A stretch of DNA of 64,000 nucleotides from a bacterium (GTDB lineage Bacteria; UBA8248). The DNA lies in NCBI GenBank assembly GCA_963692865.2, contig OY843592.1, forward strand, positions 3,232,001 through 3,296,000. The letters run 5' to 3'. Positions 60,829 to 64,000 of the stretch are shown piece by piece (positions within the stretch are counted from its first letter, which is position 1; every line of letters begins with the position of its first letter). A program made the position numbers and the translations under genes. Below the pieces are notes generated by a model, which saw nothing but the letters and a program-made list of their open reading frames with translations, was not told the origin of the DNA and made no database searches.

Positions 60829-61800
60829 CTAGCTGTACCGAATGCGCGGGTCGAGCCACGCATAGAGGATGTCGATGAACAGGTTCGTCAGGATGAATAC
60901 GACGGCCACGAGCATCACGAGCGATTGCGTCATGGTGTAGTCGTGGTTCGTCACCGACTCGACGAAGAGTTTCCCCAAACCGTTCAGGTTGAAGACCTGC
61001 TCGGTCACCACCAGCCCGCCCATCAGGAAGGCGAATTCCAGCCCGATAATCGTCGCCACGGGCAGGAGCGAGTTCTTGAGCGCGTGGCGGTTGATGATGA
61101 GCTTCTCAAGCAGCCCCTTGGCGCGGGCGGTGCGCACGTAATCCTCCCGCAGCACCTCCAGCAGGGCCGAGCGCGTCATGCGCGTGGCGACGGCCGAATA
61201 GCGGTAGCCCGTCGCGACGGCCGGCCAGATGAGTTGCGATATGTTGGCCACCGGGTCCTCCCATATCGGGGTGTAGTGAATCGGCGGCATCCAGGGATTT
61301 CCGAAGAATTTCTGCGTCATGATCAAGAGGCCGAGAATAATCAGGATGCCCAGCCAGAAGGAAGGCATGGCGATGCCTGCGATGCTGAACGTTCGTACGA
61401 CGTAGTCGATCCAGGTGTCCTGCTTGATGGCGGAGATCGTCCCCAGCGGAATGGCGATGATGGTGGCCGTGAGCGTCGCCATGATGGCGACCTGAAGCGA
61501 GAGTTCGAAGCGCAGGCCGATCTCATGCAGTATCGGCTTGCCCGTCCACATGGATTTTCCCAGGTCGAACGTGAAGAACCCGGTGATGAAGTCGACGAAC
61601 TGCACGTAGATGGGCGCGTCGATGCCCAAATTCTGCTGGCACGTCGCTATCGCTTCCTTGTCCACGTACATGCCCGTGCCCGCCATGCGGAGTTCACACA
61701 CGTCGCCGGGAATCAGTCGAAGCATGAAGAACACCAGCACCGCCGCTCCCAGGAGCGTGGGGAACATCAGCAGGATTCTCTTGATCGTGTATTTGTACAC
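60829..61800 (-). CDS. peptide/nickel ABC permease (DppB/OppB family)
   Basis: DLGKS, EDYVRTARAKGL, HALKNS, EQVFNLNGLG, LDPRI. Confidence 0.9.
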   Translation of the reverse strand: MYKYTIKRILLMFPTLLGAAVLVFFMLRLIPGDVCELRMAGTGMYVDKEAIATCQQNLGIDAPIYVQFVDFITGFFTFDLGKSMWTGKPILHEIGLRFELSLQVAIMATLTATIIAIPLGTISAIKQDTWIDYVVRTFSIAGIAMPSFWLGILIILGLLIMTQKFFGNPWMPPIHYTPIWEDPVANISQLIWPAVATGYRYSAVATRMTRSALLEVLREDYVRTARAKGLLEKLIINRHALKNSLLPVATIIGLEFAFLMGGLVVTEQVFNLNGLGKLFVESVTNHDYTMTQSLVMLVAVVFILTNLFIDILYAWLDPRIRYS

Positions 61801-61827
61801 TGCATGCGCCTTAGCGTTTTACTTTAT

Positions 61828-62056
61828 GGGGTTGTTGAAAAAACCCTCTCTGCCTCATCCTGAGTAGCGGCGAAGCCGCGTATCGAAGGTCAATCGCAAC
61901 CAATGCGAGAGCGATTGCCGCTCCCCCCGACGCGTTCGACTCCCCTCGCCCTTCGATACGCCGCCTCCGGCGGCTACTCAGGGTGAGGGCGATACGGCGG
62001 CGAGGCGGGGCGAGAGGAACGACCCCACTCCCAAAACCGGGTTTTTCAACAGCCCC
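61828..62056. mobile_element. intact MITE with 15-bp TIRs and TTAT target-site duplication, carrying a CCTCATCCTGAG REP pair
   Basis: TTAT|GGGGTTGTTGAAAAA ... TTTTTCAACAGCCCC|TTAT (flanks 61824-61827 and 62057-62060). Confidence 0.82.
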
Positions 62057-62121
62057 TTATACGCGGTCCGCCCGCCCTTCCCCGCCGCCCGGCGACCCGG
62101 TCGGCGGGGAGGAGATGCGGC

Positions 62122-63744
62122 CTATTTGTCGATCCAGACGTTGTCCAGATGCTGGTTCAGATAGTGGCTCGGCGCTATCTTCCAGCCCTTCACGTAGCTG
62201 CGATGGGGGTTGATCTTGTACCACCAGAGCGTCACGAACTGGTGCGCCATCTCATCGAGCGCGCGCTTTTCATACTTGCGCATGATGGCGCGCTGCTTCT
62301 TCACGTCGGGTTCGCGGTTCATCTCCTCGAACCACTTGTCGAGCTTGCGATCCTGATACTGCGCGTACTGGTTGCCCGCCCTGTCGTCGGAGATGAACTT
62401 CGACACGTCGACCAGCGGATTGATGACCGACTGGCAGTTGAAGTCGATCGACACGTCGAAGTTCTTCTTCTTGCGCAGCGTGGCGTAGAAGGGACCTGAG
62501 GGCTGCACCCACTGCTTGACCTTGAGGCCGATCTTCCGCCACTGGTCGATGACCCAGGTGCCCACGACCTTGTAGGGCTGGTCCACGCCCCGGTTGTGCA
62601 GGGTGAACTCGAAGCCGCCCGGATAGCCGGCTTCCTTGAGCAGCCTCTTGGCCTCGGCGCGGGATTTGTTGATGTCCGGCCAGTAGCCTGCAATCTTCGT
62701 CAACTCCTCTTTCGTGGCCGCCAGGGGGTGTTTGGGGAAAACCACGCCGCCGACGGTCTTCACGATGGCGATGCGCGAGAGGTACTTCGAGCCGCCCCAG
62801 CGGTCGATCGCCAGCGTCAGCGCCCTGCGCACGCGCGCATCGTCGAAGGGCTTGCGCTTGTGGTTCGGCGTCACCATGAGGTTGCAGTTCCAGTCGCTCT
62901 CCTGGACGGTGAGCTTGTCCCCCAGCGCCTTCTTGAGGTCGTCACGCGCCTTGGGCGGGAATCCGCGGAATTCGATGGCCGCGCGGTCGCCGCGTATGGC
63001 CTGGAGGCGGATTGCCATCTTGGGAGCGGAGATCGCCCGGTAGCCGTCGAGATAGGGCTTGCCCTTGTGGTGGTATTTCTCATACCGCTTGCCCTCGACG
63101 AACGCGCCCGGCTGGTGCTGCACGAACTTGAAGGCGCCGGTGCCGTTCACGTTCTTCTGGTGCCACTTGTAGCCGTGCTTGTCGAGGTCGGCCTTCGAGT
63201 AGATGAAGTTGTAGGGCAGCGCCAGCGCGGGCACGAAGGCGCCCGTGGGATATTTCAGCTTGAAGACGAGCGTCTCGGCGTCCGGCGCGGTGACGGATTT
63301 CACCATGCTGAAAAACGCCTTGCGGTTGCTCTCGATGCCCTTGGGCGGGGTGATGATCTTGTCGTAAGTCGCCTTCACGTCCGCCGAGGTGAGTTTCTGG
63401 CCGTTGTGGAACGTGATGTCCTTGCGGATTTTGAAAGTGTACTTCGTGTGTCCTTCGGTCGGCTTCGGCACGCTCCCCTCGCACACGTCGCAGATGAAAT
63501 CGGTCGGCGAGGCGGGGTTGTCCGGATTCACGCGAATCAGCAGGCTGTAGAAGGGCCGAATCGGGTGAATCATCCCGAAGGTGGATTCGATGTGGCCGTC
63601 GTAGGATGGAATCTTGCTGCCGACGACGAACTTGAGCGTGCCGCCCTTCTTGGGGGCCGCCTCGGCGGGCGGAGCAAAGCTCCATGCCGCCAGAGCGAGC
63701 AGCGCCGCCCCTACAACCAGGGATTTAAGACGAGTGTTCCACAT
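62122..63744 (-). CDS. ABC substrate-binding protein family 5 (DppA/OppA-like)
   Basis: Signal peptide, KKGGTL, FHNG..LTSADVKAT, GTGAFKF, PFDDARVRRAL..AIDR. Confidence 0.9.
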   Translation of the reverse strand: MWNTRLKSLVVGAALLALAAWSFAPPAEAAPKKGGTLKFVVGSKIPSYDGHIESTFGMIHPIRPFYSLLIRVNPDNPASPTDFICDVCEGSVPKPTEGHTKYTFKIRKDITFHNGQKLTSADVKATYDKIITPPKGIESNRKAFFSMVKSVTAPDAETLVFKLKYPTGAFVPALALPYNFIYSKADLDKHGYKWHQKNVNGTGAFKFVQHQPGAFVEGKRYEKYHHKGKPYLDGYRAISAPKMAIRLQAIRGDRAAIEFRGFPPKARDDLKKALGDKLTVQESDWNCNLMVTPNHKRKPFDDARVRRALTLAIDRWGGSKYLSRIAIVKTVGGVVFPKHPLAATKEELTKIAGYWPDINKSRAEAKRLLKEAGYPGGFEFTLHNRGVDQPYKVVGTWVIDQWRKIGLKVKQWVQPSGPFYATLRKKKNFDVSIDFNCQSVINPLVDVSKFISDDRAGNQYAQYQDRKLDKWFEEMNREPDVKKQRAIMRKYEKRALDEMAHQFVTLWWYKINPHRSYVKGWKIAPSHYLNQHLDNVWIDK

Positions 63745-63819
63745 AAGGTCTCTCCTTTTGGTGCTCGGTTGAAATGAATACATCGCAAATCGCTGAATAA
63801 AACAGCGTATTCAAGAATT

Positions 63820-64000
63820 TCAGACTTCCGTACAGGCCACCCAATGGCCTGGTTTTATCTCCCGCAAAACGGGAACTTCCCTCGAACAATTCTCTACGGC
63901 GATCGGGCATCGGGGGTGGAACACGCAGCCCGGCGGCGGATTTATCGGGCTGGGCACCTCACCCGTGACAATTCTGATGTCGCGTCCCTGCTCGACCTCC
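63820..64000 (-). CDS. C-terminus of oligopeptide ABC ATPase (partial)
   Basis: [20 protein letters not shown]...C...P.LREI..GHWVAC. Confidence 0.85.
   Translation of the reverse strand, partial: EVEQGRDIRIVTGEVPSPINPPPGCVFHPRCPIAVENCSREVPVLREIKPGHWVACTEV

Noticed and set aside
22265-63777. Long antisense or overlapping ORFs (e.g. 22703..24037, 34337..36100, 36128..37528, 39446..41035, 62596..63777)
   Set aside because: Shadow ORFs of GC-rich genes on the opposite strand, with no family motifs

Overview
Bacterial chromosome window in two parts. Left (1 to ~29.7 kb) is an accessory, integrative-element-like island. It carries a decayed beta-barrel lipoprotein gene, a small 3-TM gene plus membrane-anchored caspase-like protease pair, a DUF433/PIN(DUF5615) toxin-antitoxin module, and a complete Myxococcus-type (type I-B/'I-MYXAN') CRISPR-Cas system (cas6-cas3-cas8/cmx8-cas7-cas5-cas4/1-cas2, 44 full 36-bp repeats). 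Next come conjugative leading-region genes (DUF2493, DUF4326, ssb, a tiny acidic protein, a 4x zinc-finger repeat protein) with an Frpo-like ssDNA fold-back, and two tandem tyrosine integrases plus a third truncated one. Right (~30-64 kb) is GC-rich catabolic/transport backbone: class V aminotransferase, amidase, a UGSC selenoprotein with in-frame UGA and SECIS-like hairpin, Liv-type and peptide ABC transporters, ankyrin and lipoprotein genes, GIY-YIG nuclease, CoA transferase, sulfatase, tRNA-Leu(TAA), LVIVD protein, aldo/keto reductase and form II coxSLM. Its intergenic spaces hold a family of MITE-like elements (TIR GGGGYTGTTGAAAAA) packed with interchangeable REP modules. Best novelty candidates are the 3-TM + membrane caspase pair, the REP-carrying MITE family, and the ssDNA-promoter/leading-region cargo beside CRISPR-Cas. 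The gene content resembles marine host-associated (e.g. sponge) symbionts (inference only). All family calls come from motif recognition by eye; no searches were run.
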